Shown here: one piece after another, positions 23,681-35,245 of the stretch | Layout: each line of letters opens with the position of its first letter | How positions within the stretch are numbered: the stretch's first letter is position 1 | From: Negaprion brevirostris | Taxonomy: Eukaryota | NCBI GenBank assembly: GCA_030324005.1 | Contig: JARDVH010000099.1 | Coordinates: 63,736,167 to 63,800,166 of the forward strand | Direction of reading: 5' to 3' | DNA: 64,000 nt | Program-made: the position numbers and the translations under genes | Notes under the pieces: generated by a model | Told to the model about the DNA's origin: nothing | The model's input: only the letters and a program-made list of their open reading frames with translations | Databases searched by the model: none

Positions 23681-24149
23681 ATGTTTTTAATAAATTTATG
23701 AGAGAATTCAAATACTGCACTTTACTTGAATATGTAAATGTGCAAACAATGCAGGTGCAGCAACAAGGAACACCTCCATGCAACCAAAGGCACAGGTGTA
23801 CGCACAGCACACTTTCTACAGCAGGAATCTCATCACAGGTAACATCCGCTTTCTTTAAGTTTATTAAGGCAGCTTTTCCTTTTTTTAGCATTTTCCAAAG
23901 CTGATTTGTTTTTCGATGTTTAAAGCCACAGATGAGCAAACAATTAGGCCCACAGTGGGTGATCTGGTGTACAGAGGCTTTAACGTGGGTAAGAAAATAC
24001 ACAAATAAGGATATTGTGAGTGGCAGGACATTACTGTACCCAATTAGTCACTCCACCCCTAATTCAACCTCCTGGAGGAGGACAGCCTCACCCTGAGGTC
24101 ACTGGCATCAATGGCTATTTTAAACATATGGTTAAAATCTACAGTGGCT

Positions 24150-24613
24150 AGTGTTTAAGGGCTTTTAGATAAGCACATGCATATGGAAGGAATGGAAGGA
24201 TATGAACAAAGGGCAGGCAGAAGGGATTGGAATTATAGAATTATAGAATTCCTACAGTGCAGAAGGAGGCCAATTGGCCCATTGAGTCTGCACCATCCAC
24301 AATCCCACCCAGGCCCTAATCCCATAACCCCATGCATTTACCCTAGCTAGTCCTCTTGACACTAAGGGGTAATGCCAATGCACATAACCCGCACATCTTT
24401 GGACTATGGGAGGAAACCGGAGCACCCAGAGGAAACGCGTGCAGACAGTGACCCAAGCCAGGAATTGAACACAGGTCCCTGGAGCTGTAAGGCAGCAGTG
24501 CTAACCGCTGTGCCACCCTGCTGCCCCAGATTAGTTTAATTTGGCGTCATGTTTGGCACAACATTGTGGGCTGAAGGGCCTGTTCCTGTGCTGTACTATT
24601 CTATGTTCTATGC
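24150..24613 (+). mobile_element. CR1 3' end split by a SINE
   Basis: ...gggcaggcagaagggatt [SINE] agattagtttaatttggcgtc...gggctgaagggcctgttcctgtgctgtactattctatgttctatg. Confidence 0.8.
24229..24527 (-). mobile_element. HE1-like V-SINE nested in CR1 tail
   Basis: Reverse complement of the 983-1296 type, from tail (atagaattcctacagtgcagaaggaggcc) to head (gctaaccgctgtgccacc). Confidence 0.88.
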
Positions 24614-24809
24614 TTCATTTATTAAAATGACTTTCAGCTTCTCGAAAGCTACCTGGCATTTCTCAGCCCATACTCCTTTTGCCTGTTTTCACACTCAAGA
24701 AGGACTTGTAGGAGAACACACATCACTAAAAGTCTCCTGATTTGCCATTTTGCAGTAAGAATGGGAAGTTGTATTGATCCTTGTATCCTTGCAGGTCTGA
24801 GCAGTAATT

Positions 24810-25945
24810 GTTTCTCACCTGAACCTTAGCGCACCAACTCTTTACAAGATTGACCGCTAGGTCAGCTGATTGTAATTTCTGGAAGAGGGCTTCCTGTCCC
24901 TCTAAGTGAGTTTCCCTGGAGTCACTGTACACATAGAAGGTCATCGAGGTACACAACACAGTTGGATAAGCCCACCACTACCTGCCTTTTAAAATGTGGT
25001 GGGGGCATTTAAGATTCCAAATTGAATGATTCAACACTGATATAAGCCACCCAGAGTCACAAAGGCGGAGATTTCCTTTGTGCGGCCAGTCAAGGGAACC
25101 CACCAGTAGAGTATCCCTGGAGTAAAACTATCTTTGTAATGTCAGATGCATTACCAGCCCTATCAATTAAATCTTCCAGGTAGGGAATCAGGTAGGAATC
25201 AGCTCTGGCCACTACATTAATCTTTCGTGAGTCAGTGTAGAACCTTGTGCAGCTGTCCAGCTTGGGCACAAGCACAACTGGCGAACTCCAGCTGCTGCTG
25301 CTAAACTACATCAGTTGGTGCCCCAGCATGTGGCTTATCTCCTCCTGAAGCTGGGCCAGCTTTTCTGGACTGATACTGTGGAGATGTTGCCTTTTGGCAG
25401 AGGCCTCTCCCATGTCCGTCACCCCATGTACAGCTGAAGAGGTGGAGCTCTGTTTCTCTACCAAAGCTTTTAAATGCATTGAGCAACCCAGTCATGTCTC
25501 CTCACCATTCTGTATTTAGATGTGCGAATATAGTGTCCAATTTTGTGAGGCTTTTTCATTCATTCATGGGACATGGGCATCGCTGGCTAGCCAACATTTA
25601 CTGCCCATCCCTAGTTGCCTTTAAACGAGCTGCTTAAACCATTCAAATTCCAGATACACCTGATCAGGCCATTTCCTGAGGGTATGGAATTTCTGACAGT
25701 ATGCTTCCAACACTAACTGGTACACATTTAAAACAGTCCTTTTTGCTGCCTGATAGCTCGTAGCACTTTCCTCAGGCAAGAGAGCGTAAACCTCATGAGC
25801 TTTTCCTGTCAACTTACTCTGCAGCAATCGAGACCAATGTTGGACTGAGCACGTTAACTGCTGCGCTAACATTTTGGAAGCGATAAAGGAGGTGTCCACC
25901 TCTCCTTCACCAAATTTATGAATTAAATGGGCGAACTTGAGGCAA
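24810..25945 (-). mobile_element. Decayed Gmr1-like Gypsy element: SCAN-like gag plus RT, internally deleted
   Basis: gag WSRLLQSKLTGKAHEVYALLPEESATSYQAAKRTVLNVYQLVLEAYCQKFHTLRK; RT SSWSSPVVLVPKLDSCTRFYTDSRKINVVARADSYLIPYLEDLIDRAGNASDITKIVLLQGY; VVYLDD at ~24940-24958. Confidence 0.85.
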
Positions 25946-25954
25946 AATGAAGAG

Positions 25955-26293
25955 GCGCGGCACAGTGGCATAGTGGTTAGCACTGTTGCCTCACAGCTCC
26001 AGGGACCTGGGCTCGATTCCCAGCTTGGGACACTGTGGCCAGAATTTTACCAACATGCTTGCCCCGACTCCGGGGGTGGGCTCGGCTCGGAGAATGGCAT
26101 TCTCCATTGGCCTCGGGCGGGATCATGCAAAACTTGGGCAGATGTGCCGGTAAAATTCCGCTCTGTGTGTGTGGAGTTTGCACATTCTCCCCATGTCTGC
26201 ATGGGTTTCCTCCAGGTGCTCTGGTTTACTCCACAGTCCAAAGATGCACGGGTTATTAGGTTTAGATTGGCTATGCTATTTTGACCCTTAGTG
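25955..26293 (+). mobile_element. HE1-like V-SINE interrupted by a MITE
   Basis: Head ggcatagtggttagcactgttgcctcacagc; resumes at tgtgtggagtttgcacattctcccc after 26163. Confidence 0.85.
26037..26163. mobile_element. 127-bp Harbinger-type MITE inside a SINE
   Basis: TIRs ggccagaattttacc / ggtaaaattccgctc; flanked by tgt...tgt. Confidence 0.72.
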
Positions 26294-27034
26294 NNNNNNN
26301 NNNNNNNNNNNNNNNNNNNNNNNNNNNNNNNNNNNNNNNNNNNNNNNNNNNNNNNNNNNNNNNNNNNNNNNNNNNNNNNNNNNNNNNNNNNNNCTTTGTG
26401 TTTGTGTGTGTGTGATTGGCTTGCTCACAGATTAAATAGCTAACTACATTCTGGTTTGGAGAAGGACATACGTCCATGAAAAAGAAGCTTCAAACTTGGT
26501 TGCGACCAACCAAGGAAGTGGAATACAGTGGAGCTGGTTCACCCTTTCTCACTTAGTCAGAACAATGGCAAATTTTATAGGTCAGGAGAAGTACAAAATG
26601 GTAGCAGTGATGGTTTACCCACTAAATTTAAATTGAAAACATGCTATGCTTGTTGTATTTAATTTTATGCCCATGCTCTAAGATTGTAGGAAATTATTAT
26701 AAGATAAGGCAGCTTGCCTTTTTTTAAGTTACTACCTATAAACAGCTGCACAGCTATCTTGCATGCAGTCATCAACATAACATGCATTTAATTTATTGTC
26801 AAAACTTTGCCTTTGCGAATAAGTTTGTCATGGTTTTGTTGTGCTCATGCTGTATCTGATTAGCCCTTTCTCATGCTGTTGAATGCCAAGTAATTCCATT
26901 TGATTTTAGAACTGAGGCCCAAAAAGTGTGATTTATAATCGTCTGTGATGCAAATGAGAATGAAACAGATTTTAACCTTAACAATTGCAGTGCATGTATC
27001 TTTTGTTAAGGGTTCTGTAAAAGTTCATGGTCAT

Positions 27035-27150
27035 GTCAGCTGTCCCTCAATTTGAGGATGATATCTATTCCGAGTTGAGAGTTTCTGCTGTGGGTCTTTG
27101 TGACCAAGCAGGTTGATTCTCACCTACAAACCTTTGGACATGTGGGCCGA
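27035..27150 (-). mobile_element. Probable RTE-type 3' tail fragment
   Basis: cagctgtccctcaatttgaggatga...gtgggtctt...gcaggttgattct; truncated by a gap. Confidence 0.4.
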
Positions 27151-28083
27151 GTGGGGGGGGNNNNNNNNNNNNNNNNNNNNNNNNNTTCTCTGCTCCTAAA
27201 TTGAACATTAATACCAATCTTTTACCAGTATAAGGGTCCTTCATTTTAGTTCCTGGAAATTTTTTGGGAATGCATTTTCAACTGCATATTTATGAAGAAC
27301 ATTTTAGGGGTATGAATTTGAATTTTCCTTGTGTTTGAGTTTTGTGATCAAGACTAGCATTTGGGTCAACTTAATGATTTAATTAAAATGGGAAGGAAGA
27401 ATAGTAGGAACTGCAGGTGCTCTAGCTGACATGAATTTGAGCAGTTAGAAACAACTGGTTAGTAAAAGTCTGCATTCCACTATCTACTAATAGATTAACA
27501 ATTCATTGTGTAAAGCTGCTGGTGAGGGAAATTGAAATAATAAGGAAAAATGCCTGACATAAAAACAGATTCTGGGAATGCAGAAGGGAGTCCACCCTAT
27601 GCAATCCTTGTTCCCACTGCCTTTCATCACCTAATTGCTTGTTCGTACAGTACAGACCCAGTCTGCTGCTTAGTATTGTTCACCCTGCTCCTCATCGAAT
27701 TGGTACTATTCTTGTCTTCCCGGCTAGCCTGTGCCGCATAGCTCTCATTCTGTTGCCCCAGTGCTGATGGCGTCGATCATCAGTCAGCTACAGGCCATTT
27801 TCATGAATACAAAATTAACCAAGCAGTTTAGAAGAGGAGGTGTCTTTTGATTATTTTGGTGACCGGACCCAATGTGATTTTTGACTTTGATCCAGTAAAT
27901 TTTTGATAAAGATTAAGCTGGACAATGTAGTGAAAGTTGTAATTGGATACTTTGTTTCAGAGAACTCGTAGTTCTGTTTTTTTAAAAAAACGCTTTTGGA
28001 TTGCTCTACACTTCATGTAAAACTCAGTTTGTTTATCAAGATTAATTGAAATATGATTCTTTATGTTCTGCTGCCCCCTGCAG

Positions 28084-28111
28084 GTCTAAAGATATTGATT
28101 TCCTCACCAAG
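28084..28111 (+). CDS. LRPPRC: LRPPRC 28-nt coding exon (exon 15 equivalent)
   Basis: ctgcag|GTCT...CAAG|gtaagt; (R)SKDIDFLTK; restores frame (phase 2 to 0) between neighbours. Confidence 0.9.
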
Positions 28112-28678
28112 GTAAGTGCTGACAAATAAATTCCTTTGGCTGCATTACAACGGTGCATATTTTAAACATCAATTTCTTATTTTCATCTTTGAAATGTGGT
28201 AAAATTTTGAGAGACATCGAAAGCCTTTGATTTTCTGCATGTAAATTTTCTTCTGCCTTTTAATAAGTCATTGATTCACTGCTATGAAGAGGTGTACTAT
28301 TTAAGTGGATTGCTTGTAACCCTTTAGTACATTCTTCTGTAATTAATTTAAAGCTGACACTCATCAAAACATTACTTTAAGCATTGTCTTTTTAAAAACA
28401 TTGCCACTAACTCAGTATTAGGATGGCCAAATATAATTTTGTTAGTAAGGAAGTGCCTGTCCTTGGAAGATGTTCACATTTTGTTGGGTTTTATTTCCTA
28501 GAGCAAGTTAGCTATTGAGCTTGTTCTGTGAGGCATTTTACAGATGAAATGCCACAATATACTGTTGATTAATACCTTTATAGAAAAGTGCTTTGTTATT
28601 TTGAGGATACAATTTCAAATACTGCTTGTTCTTGTGTTCCTCTATCACCTACAATATATTATTATTTTGTCTTCTCAG

Positions 28679-28736
28679 ATAACGGAATTGTTGTACAAAG
28701 ATGAACGTTATTGTCAGAATCCACCAGAACCGTCTG
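28679..28736 (+). CDS. LRPPRC: LRPPRC coding exon (exon 16 equivalent)
   Basis: tctcag|ATA...TCTG|gtagtg; ITELLYKDERYCQNPPEPS (human ITELLYKDGRYCQEPRGPT); 58 nt. Confidence 0.95.
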
Positions 28737-29270
28737 GTAGTGTTTCAATTTCCTTGATTGTAACTCGTCCACAAATCCGTTCTATCTAATGATGGGGCTC
28801 GAAGGATTACAGGAGTAACATTGATTGCTTTTTTTTTAAAGTGAAATTTTTAAAGTGTGTGGTCAGAAAAGCTTCAAGTATCTTTCCGCTCCATTGAGTT
28901 TTCTTATTAATCAAAAAGTTCAGTTGCTTTTGGATTGGTAGCTTTTTGATAATCTTAATTTTAAATAAGAAATTGATGGGTTTACTGAGAAGCAATAAGT
29001 GTTTGTGCCAAATATTGATGATGCAGTTATGATACATTGAAAGTATGTTCCTGTGCATCGAGAGTTTTTTTTGTCTTCTATTAGCATTCTTTGCACTGAG
29101 TTGTTTTATCGTGTATGCTGCTAAAGCAGCACAATCCACATGCCTCATTGATTGTTGCCATTTTTGACACTCGAACCTGAGCTTTTATACATGATTTGTG
29201 TAAGATTAATCTTGATAATGCAACAATCTCAATTTGTGGCATGATTATCTTTTTATTTCCTTTCTTGCAG

Positions 29271-29377
29271 AAGCTATTGGCTATTTTCTTTATAACTTGA
29301 TTGACAGCATGAGTGACTCTGAGGTGCAGGCCAAGGAGGAGCATTTGAGACAATACTTCCATCAGCTGAACAAGATG
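29271..29377 (+). CDS. LRPPRC: LRPPRC coding exon (exon 17 equivalent)
   Basis: ttgcag|AA...ATG|gtacca; (E)[35 protein letters not shown], almost identical to human; 107 nt. Confidence 0.97.
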
Positions 29378-29584
29378 GTACCATTTCATTCTAGCCACAT
29401 AATGCATGTCACATATGACATGTATCTATTATTCTTAAAAATGCTACTTTTAAGTACACGAGATCTCATTTAATGACCTGGCTGGAATTGTATAAGTAAA
29501 TTACATTTCAAGTTATTCCAGTTACAGAATTTCCACACATTTCTTTCAGTAGCATTTAATTTAAACTTGTTTTGTTTCTTCCAG

Positions 29585-29662
29585 GATATAGTAATCCCAG
29601 CAACTATCTACAGAGGAATTAGAAATTTGTTGGATGCTTACCACGTCCCTGAGTTAATCAAG
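29585..29662 (+). CDS. LRPPRC: LRPPRC coding exon (exon 18 equivalent)
   Basis: ttccag|GAT...AAG|gtagtt; DIVIPATIYRGIRNLLDAYHVPELIK; 78 nt. Confidence 0.96.
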
Positions 29663-32600
29663 GTAGTTTATGACATTCTTGTCTTTTCCTTCATGTAAAC
29701 AGATTTTGTTTTCTACAAGTGATGTACTATTATGTACTGATGTTGTACAGTTTTACGTATCTTTCCAAACTTGTATTTTACATAGTGGATTAGGAAACAA
29801 TGGCTGAATAAGTTAGTGCACCACAGGACTGGTCACTGATTAAAGAAAGGATTTGGTTTATTGTGATGTCCCTTGTGGGTGAAATAGCTTGTGTCCAATC
29901 CCTATCTAAGTTTATCGATGAACAGCAGATCCTTGAACTGGGTAACAACAGTCTTCTGACATTTGTGAACCCAAAGAAGTGACACCGTCTTTGAGAGGAG
30001 GCAACAAATTAGGAATGGAAGAGAGACAGAACAGCCACTTCTTACATTTCATCACCTGAAAGCCCACTTTGTCCTTGCATAGGCTATCGTGCAGACTAGG
30101 TTTCTGCATTACTTCTGATACTACTATTGTGAAGAATGAGGTTTATATACTTGACATGGGTCCATCCTGAAAGGCACTCAGCTGGTATAAATAATGTAAA
30201 AATGTCCTTTTGTATACAGAACAAATCTGGCCTAACACAGTGGCTCTTAAATTCCAGATCAACCCAACCTGACAGCCGAAAGTTATTAACCCACCTGAAC
30301 TAATGCCTATGTCTCTATGCATTTATGAAATGTTCGATATCTGGGACCAGCTTGGTAATTAGGACTGACATAGTAACATGTTTTTTCAGCAATGAAGAGT
30401 ATAATAATTTTTGAAAACAGTTTTCTCCCTCCTGATAGTGGGCTTACTTTGTGTTAAGTATATAGTCATGATTAGGTACAGGGCTGATCAGAAAATACAT
30501 AACTCTCCAATGTCACCAAAGACCTGTACTTCATCTAAAACCTAATGTTTTAATATTGCTGATTTTGAAGGCTTTTGAAGTGGCATTGCTTGTATCCTAT
30601 GTACCAGTATCCAGTCAGTATTGAGTTAGTTATTCCTGGATCAATAACCAGGCTGCTCCCAGATGCTGTGGTTATTTTTTACTTATTTTTATGGAGTCTG
30701 GACATTGCTGGCTAGGCCAGTATTTATTGTCTATCTTTAATTGCCCTTGAGGAAGTGACAATGAGCTGCCGCCTTGAACTGCTGCAGCCCATGTGGTGTA
30801 GGTACACCTGTGCTATTAGGAAGTGTGTTCCTGGATTTTGACCCAGATGCAGNNNNNNNNNNNNNNNNNNNNNNNNNNNNNNNNNNNNNNNNNNNNNNNN
30901 NNNNNNNNNNNNNNNNNNNNNNNNNNNNNNNNNNNNNNNNNNNNNNNNNNNNNNNNNNNNNNNNNNNNNNNNNNNNNNNNNNNNNNNNNNNNNNNNNNNN
31001 NNNNNNNNNNNNNNNNNNNNNNNNNNNNNNNNNNNNNNNNNNNNNNNNNNNNNNNNNNNNNNNNNNNNNNNNNNNNNNNNNNNNNNNNNNNNNNNNNNNN
31101 NNNNNNNNNNNNNNNNNNNNNNNNNNNNNNNNNNNNNNNNNNNNNNNNNNNNNNNNNNNNNNNNNNNNNNNNNNNNNNNNNNNNNNNNNNNNNNNNNNNN
31201 NNNNNNNNNNNNNNNNNNNNNNNNNNNNNNNNNNNNNNNNNNNNNNNNNNNNNNNNNNNNNNNNNNNNNNNNNNNNNNNNNNNNNNNNNNNNNNNNNNNN
31301 NNNNNNNNNNNNNNNNNNNNNNNNNNNNNNNNNNNNNNNNNNNAGAGGTGCCAGCCAAGCGACTGCTTTGCCTTGGGTGATGTTGACCTTCTTGAGTATT
31401 TTCGGAGCTGTGTTTTTCCAGGCAAGTGAAGGGTGTTCCATCAGATTCCTGATTTTTCTGAATGTCGTGGGGCGATGGTTAGATTCTTTCTCGTTACAGG
31501 TGGTCGTTGCCTGACACTTGTGTGGTGCAAATGCTACTTACCACTTGTTGGACTAAGCCTGGATATTGTCCAGATTTTACTGCATTTGGATATGGACTGC
31601 TGGAGCATCTGAGGAGTTTCGAATAGTGCTGAGCATGTGCAGCTTTCAGCGAACATCCCCAATTCTGACCACTTGTTAGAAGGAAGGTCATTGATGAGGC
31701 AGCTCAAGATGGTTGGAACTCCTGCAGTGATGTCCTGGAACTGAGATGGTTGGCCTCCAATCATCGTGACCATCTTCCTTTCTGCTAGGTATGACTCTGG
31801 CCAACGGACAGTTTTCTCCCTAATTTCCATTGACTCCACTTTTGCCAGAGCTCCTTGCTGCCACACTTGGTGAAATGCTGCCTTGATGTCATGGACAACC
31901 TCTGGAATTTAGCTCCTTTACCCATGTTTGAATCAAAGCTGTAACAATGTCAGGAGCTGAATCACCCTGGCAGAACTCCAACTAAATGTCAGTGAATAAG
32001 TTATTGTTAAATAAATGCCACTTGATGACATTGTTGGTGATCCCTTCCAGCACTTTACTGGTGATGAAGAGTAAACTGAGTAGTAATTAGACAGTGGGGT
32101 TTGTTCTTTTTGTGGACTGGACGTACTTGGGCAATTTTGCACATTGCCAAATAGATGCCAGTGTTATAGCTGTTCTGGAATAGCTTAGCAAGTCCTGGAG
32201 TACTTTTGCTGGGAAATTGTCAAGACCTGTAGCCTTCGCAGTATCCGGTGCGTTCAGTCGTTTCTTGGAATGAATCAAATTGACTGAAGACTGACACCTG
32301 TGTTGCTGGGAACCACCAGAGGAGGCTGAGATGGCCGAAGATCATTGTGAATGCTTCAGCCTTATCTTCTGCAGAAATGTGCTGGGCTCCTCCATCTTTC
32401 AGGTGAGGGATTTGTGGAGCCTCCCCGTCCATTAAGTTGTTTAATTGTCTACCATTCGTGACTGGATGTGGCAGGACTGCACAGCTTAGATCTGATCTGT
32501 TGATTATGGAATCATTTGGCTCTATACATGCTCCTTATAGCAGTCGTGTAGCTTCACCAGGCTAGCACCTCATGTTTAGGTATGCATGGTGTTGCTCCTG

Positions 32601-33484
32601 CATTCTTTAGACCAGGGTTGATCCTCTAGCTTAGTAGTAATGGTACAGTGGGGGCTATGCCGGGCCATGAGGTTACAGATTGTGGTCGAGTTCAATTCTG
32701 TTACTGCTGATGGCCCACAATACATTATGGATGCCCAGTGTTGAGTTGCTAGATCTGTTTGAAATCTATCCCATTTAGCATGGTGGTAGTGCTTCACTCA
32801 ATGTGAAGGTGGAACTTTGTCATCACAGGGACTGTGTGGTGGTCACTCCTACCGATTGCTGTCATGGACAGCTGCATCTGGGGCAGGTAAGTGAGGGTGC
32901 ATCTGGTGAGGGTGAGGTCAAGTGTGTTTTTCCCCCTGATACTGGTTCCCTCATTATTTTCCAGACAGATGCGGCAGTTATGCCCTTTAAGATTTTGATC
33001 TGTGGTGGTGCTGCCGAGCCAGTCCTGCTGGTGGAACAAGCCCCTATCAAGAGTAATTCTGCACCCTTGCCACCCTCAGTGCTTCCTCCAAGTGATGTTC
33101 AACATGGGGGAATAGCGATTCATCAGCTGAAGGGGGGNNNNNNNNNNTATGATGTGGTTGTCAGCTGAAGGTTCCTGATACCCTGAGACTTCATGGAGTC
33201 TAAAGTCAATGTTGAGGACTCTCAGCACAACTCCCTTCCGACTGTTTGCTGCTCTGCTGAGTTTATTCAGCTGGTGGGACAGGACACATCAGCAATGGTG
33301 GTAGTGGTGTCTGAGACATTGTCTGTAAGGCATGATTCCACAAGTATAATGTCAAGCTGTTGTTTGACTAGTTTGAGACAGCTGTCCCAATTTTGGCATA
33401 AGTTCTCAGATGTTAGTAAGGAGGACTTTGACAGGGCTGGAATTGTTGTTTTTGGTACCTAGCTCAATCCCTGGTGGTCCATCT

Positions 33485-34185
33485 TGTGATGATACTGTGG
33501 TATTGTTGCTATATTTTATATTTAAGGCAGGATTGCTTTAAGAGACAGTGTTTTGTTACAAGAGTTGATTTGGTTGGTAAGTATGCTGCAGATGCTAAGA
33601 ATGCAGGCTGATAATTGATTTTACCTAGGAATGTGTTACTTTGGATGGATCTTTTGTTTATTTAGGTTCTCCTGGGGTTTGAGTAGCATTTTAATTAGGT
33701 TGATTGACAGAGATGGTCATGCAATTAATAGGAGGAGCTAAGCTTGCAGGAAGGAAAGTGTTTCAGTTTCATTTTTAACTTCAAGCAGTTGCCAGAGGAA
33801 AGCAGTGCCTTTCTCTCTTGCTGTCATTCTCTCACACTCCTATGCCCCTAGTGGTGTCCTGAAAGCTTCACTTCCACCGCCCCCCCCCCCAGAAGTGTTC
33901 TGAAAGTTCCAAGGTAGGGAGATGTTTCCTTGATTGGAATTCATAGTGATAAGTTAGCAGTTCAGGCTTGCATCTTGTCATGTTTAAGCATTGTTTAACT
34001 GTTAAAGGTTAAGCTCATTCACTTGTTATAATTTAACTATNNNNNNNNNNNNNNNNNNNNNNNNNNNNNNNNNNNNNNNNNNNNNNNNNNNNNNNNNNNN
34101 NNNNNNNNNNNNNNNNNNNNNNNNNNNNNNGGGGAGTCATCTGACTTCATAACATACATTGGAGTTTCTGAACCATATCTGAACA
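33485..34185. mobile_element. Solo LTR (Gypsy-type) inserted in the LINE 5' region
   Basis: Begins TGTGATG, ends GAACA; 4-bp TSD ATCT at 33481-33484 and 34186-34189; removing it restores ggtggtccatctggcttaattcc. Confidence 0.75.
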
Positions 34186-34239
34186 ATCTGGCTTAATTCC
34201 TTATTGGCTTTCTTGCAGTTTGGTACAACTGACTGGCTT

Positions 34240-34528
34240 AAGTTTATTTATCAATGTCACAAGCAGGCTTACTTTAACACTGCAAATAAGTTACTGTGAA
34301 AATCCCCTAGTCACCATACTCCCGACGCTTGTTCAGATACACTGAAGGAGAATTTAGCATGACCAATGCACCTAACCAGCATGTCTTCCAGACCGTGGGA
34401 GGAATCGGACCACCTGGAGGAAACCCATGCAGACATGGGGAGAATGTGTAAACTCTGCACAGACCGTGATCCAAGCCAAGAATTGAACCTGGGTCCCTGG
34501 CATTGAGAGGCAGCAGTGCTAACCACTA
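34240..34528 (-). mobile_element. V-SINE tail type B inserted in the LINE head
   Basis: Reverse complement of the 8928-9222 type; flanked by ctt/ctt; host actggctt|gcttgggc rejoins. Confidence 0.85.
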
Positions 34529-35188
34529 CTTGCTTGGGCATTTAAGAGTCAACCTCATTCCAGTGGGGCTGGGGTCATATGTAGGCTAGACCAGATGAGG
34601 ACAGCAGATGTCCTTCCCTGGTAGACATTAGTGAACCACGTGTCCTTTTTTTTTGTGTGACAATTGACAATGGTTTCATGGTCATCAATAGACTTTTAAT
34701 TGAGTTCAAATTCTACCATCTGTTGTGGTCTGATTCCAACCTGGGCACAATCCTGGATCTCTGGATTACTAGTCCAGTGACAGTATCATTGCAGCACTGC
34801 CCCCCCCCAATTTCCCTCTTGGAAGAGGCAGAATGAAATTAATACTGAATAGCATCCGAAACAAGAGACATCACTTGCATCAGTGTTGACTTGGAGATTT
34901 CCTTTTGCTGGGAGGAACCAATGAGGTGATAAATTTGAGTAAAATTACTGTACAGCTCCTTGGGTGAATCCTTCCTTTGCTCTTCTGATGGATTTAAAAG
35001 TTCCACAAATAAGGATGCCTGAACTTTGAAGAAATTTAAAACCAAACTTTGAAATGTATTACTCTTTGTAGTGACATTCAAACCCCATTCCCCTACATGC
35101 TCCCCTTTTCACCCTATGCCAGCATGTACAATTGAATGAAAAGCATCAAATTCTTAAGTTTCTAAATATAAGAACTGTTATTTTTCAG

Positions 35189-35245
35189 GATGTTATTGTT
35201 TTGGTGAATGAACAGGATAAGCTGACTGCTGCTGACCTCCCAAAA
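35189..35245 (+). CDS. LRPPRC: LRPPRC coding exon (exon 19 equivalent, divergent linker)
   Basis: tttcag|GAT...AAA|gtgagt; DVIVLVNEQDKLTAADLPK (human DAHLLVESKNLDFQK); phase 0 to 0, 57 nt. Confidence 0.85.

Larger units (their letters stand above)
30684..34808 (-). mobile_element. Near full-length decayed CR1-like LINE (APE + RT) with tRNA-like 5' head, split by a solo LTR and a SINE
   Basis: Minus: GKNTLDLTLT and GRSDHHTV (APE end), HYHHAKWDRFQTDLA, KATGLDNFPAKVL, IWQCAKL, VWQQGALAKVESMEIREKTVRWPESYLAERKM, INDLPS, ASGSKSRNTLPNSTGVPTPHGLQQFKAAAHCHFLKGN (ORF2 end); tail at 30684-30750; host sequence rejoins across 33484/34186. Confidence 0.85.

Noticed and set aside
30724-31514. Several 180-246 aa ORFs in the ORF track
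   Set aside because: Mostly X residues from an N gap; the real ends belong to a decayed LINE ORF2.
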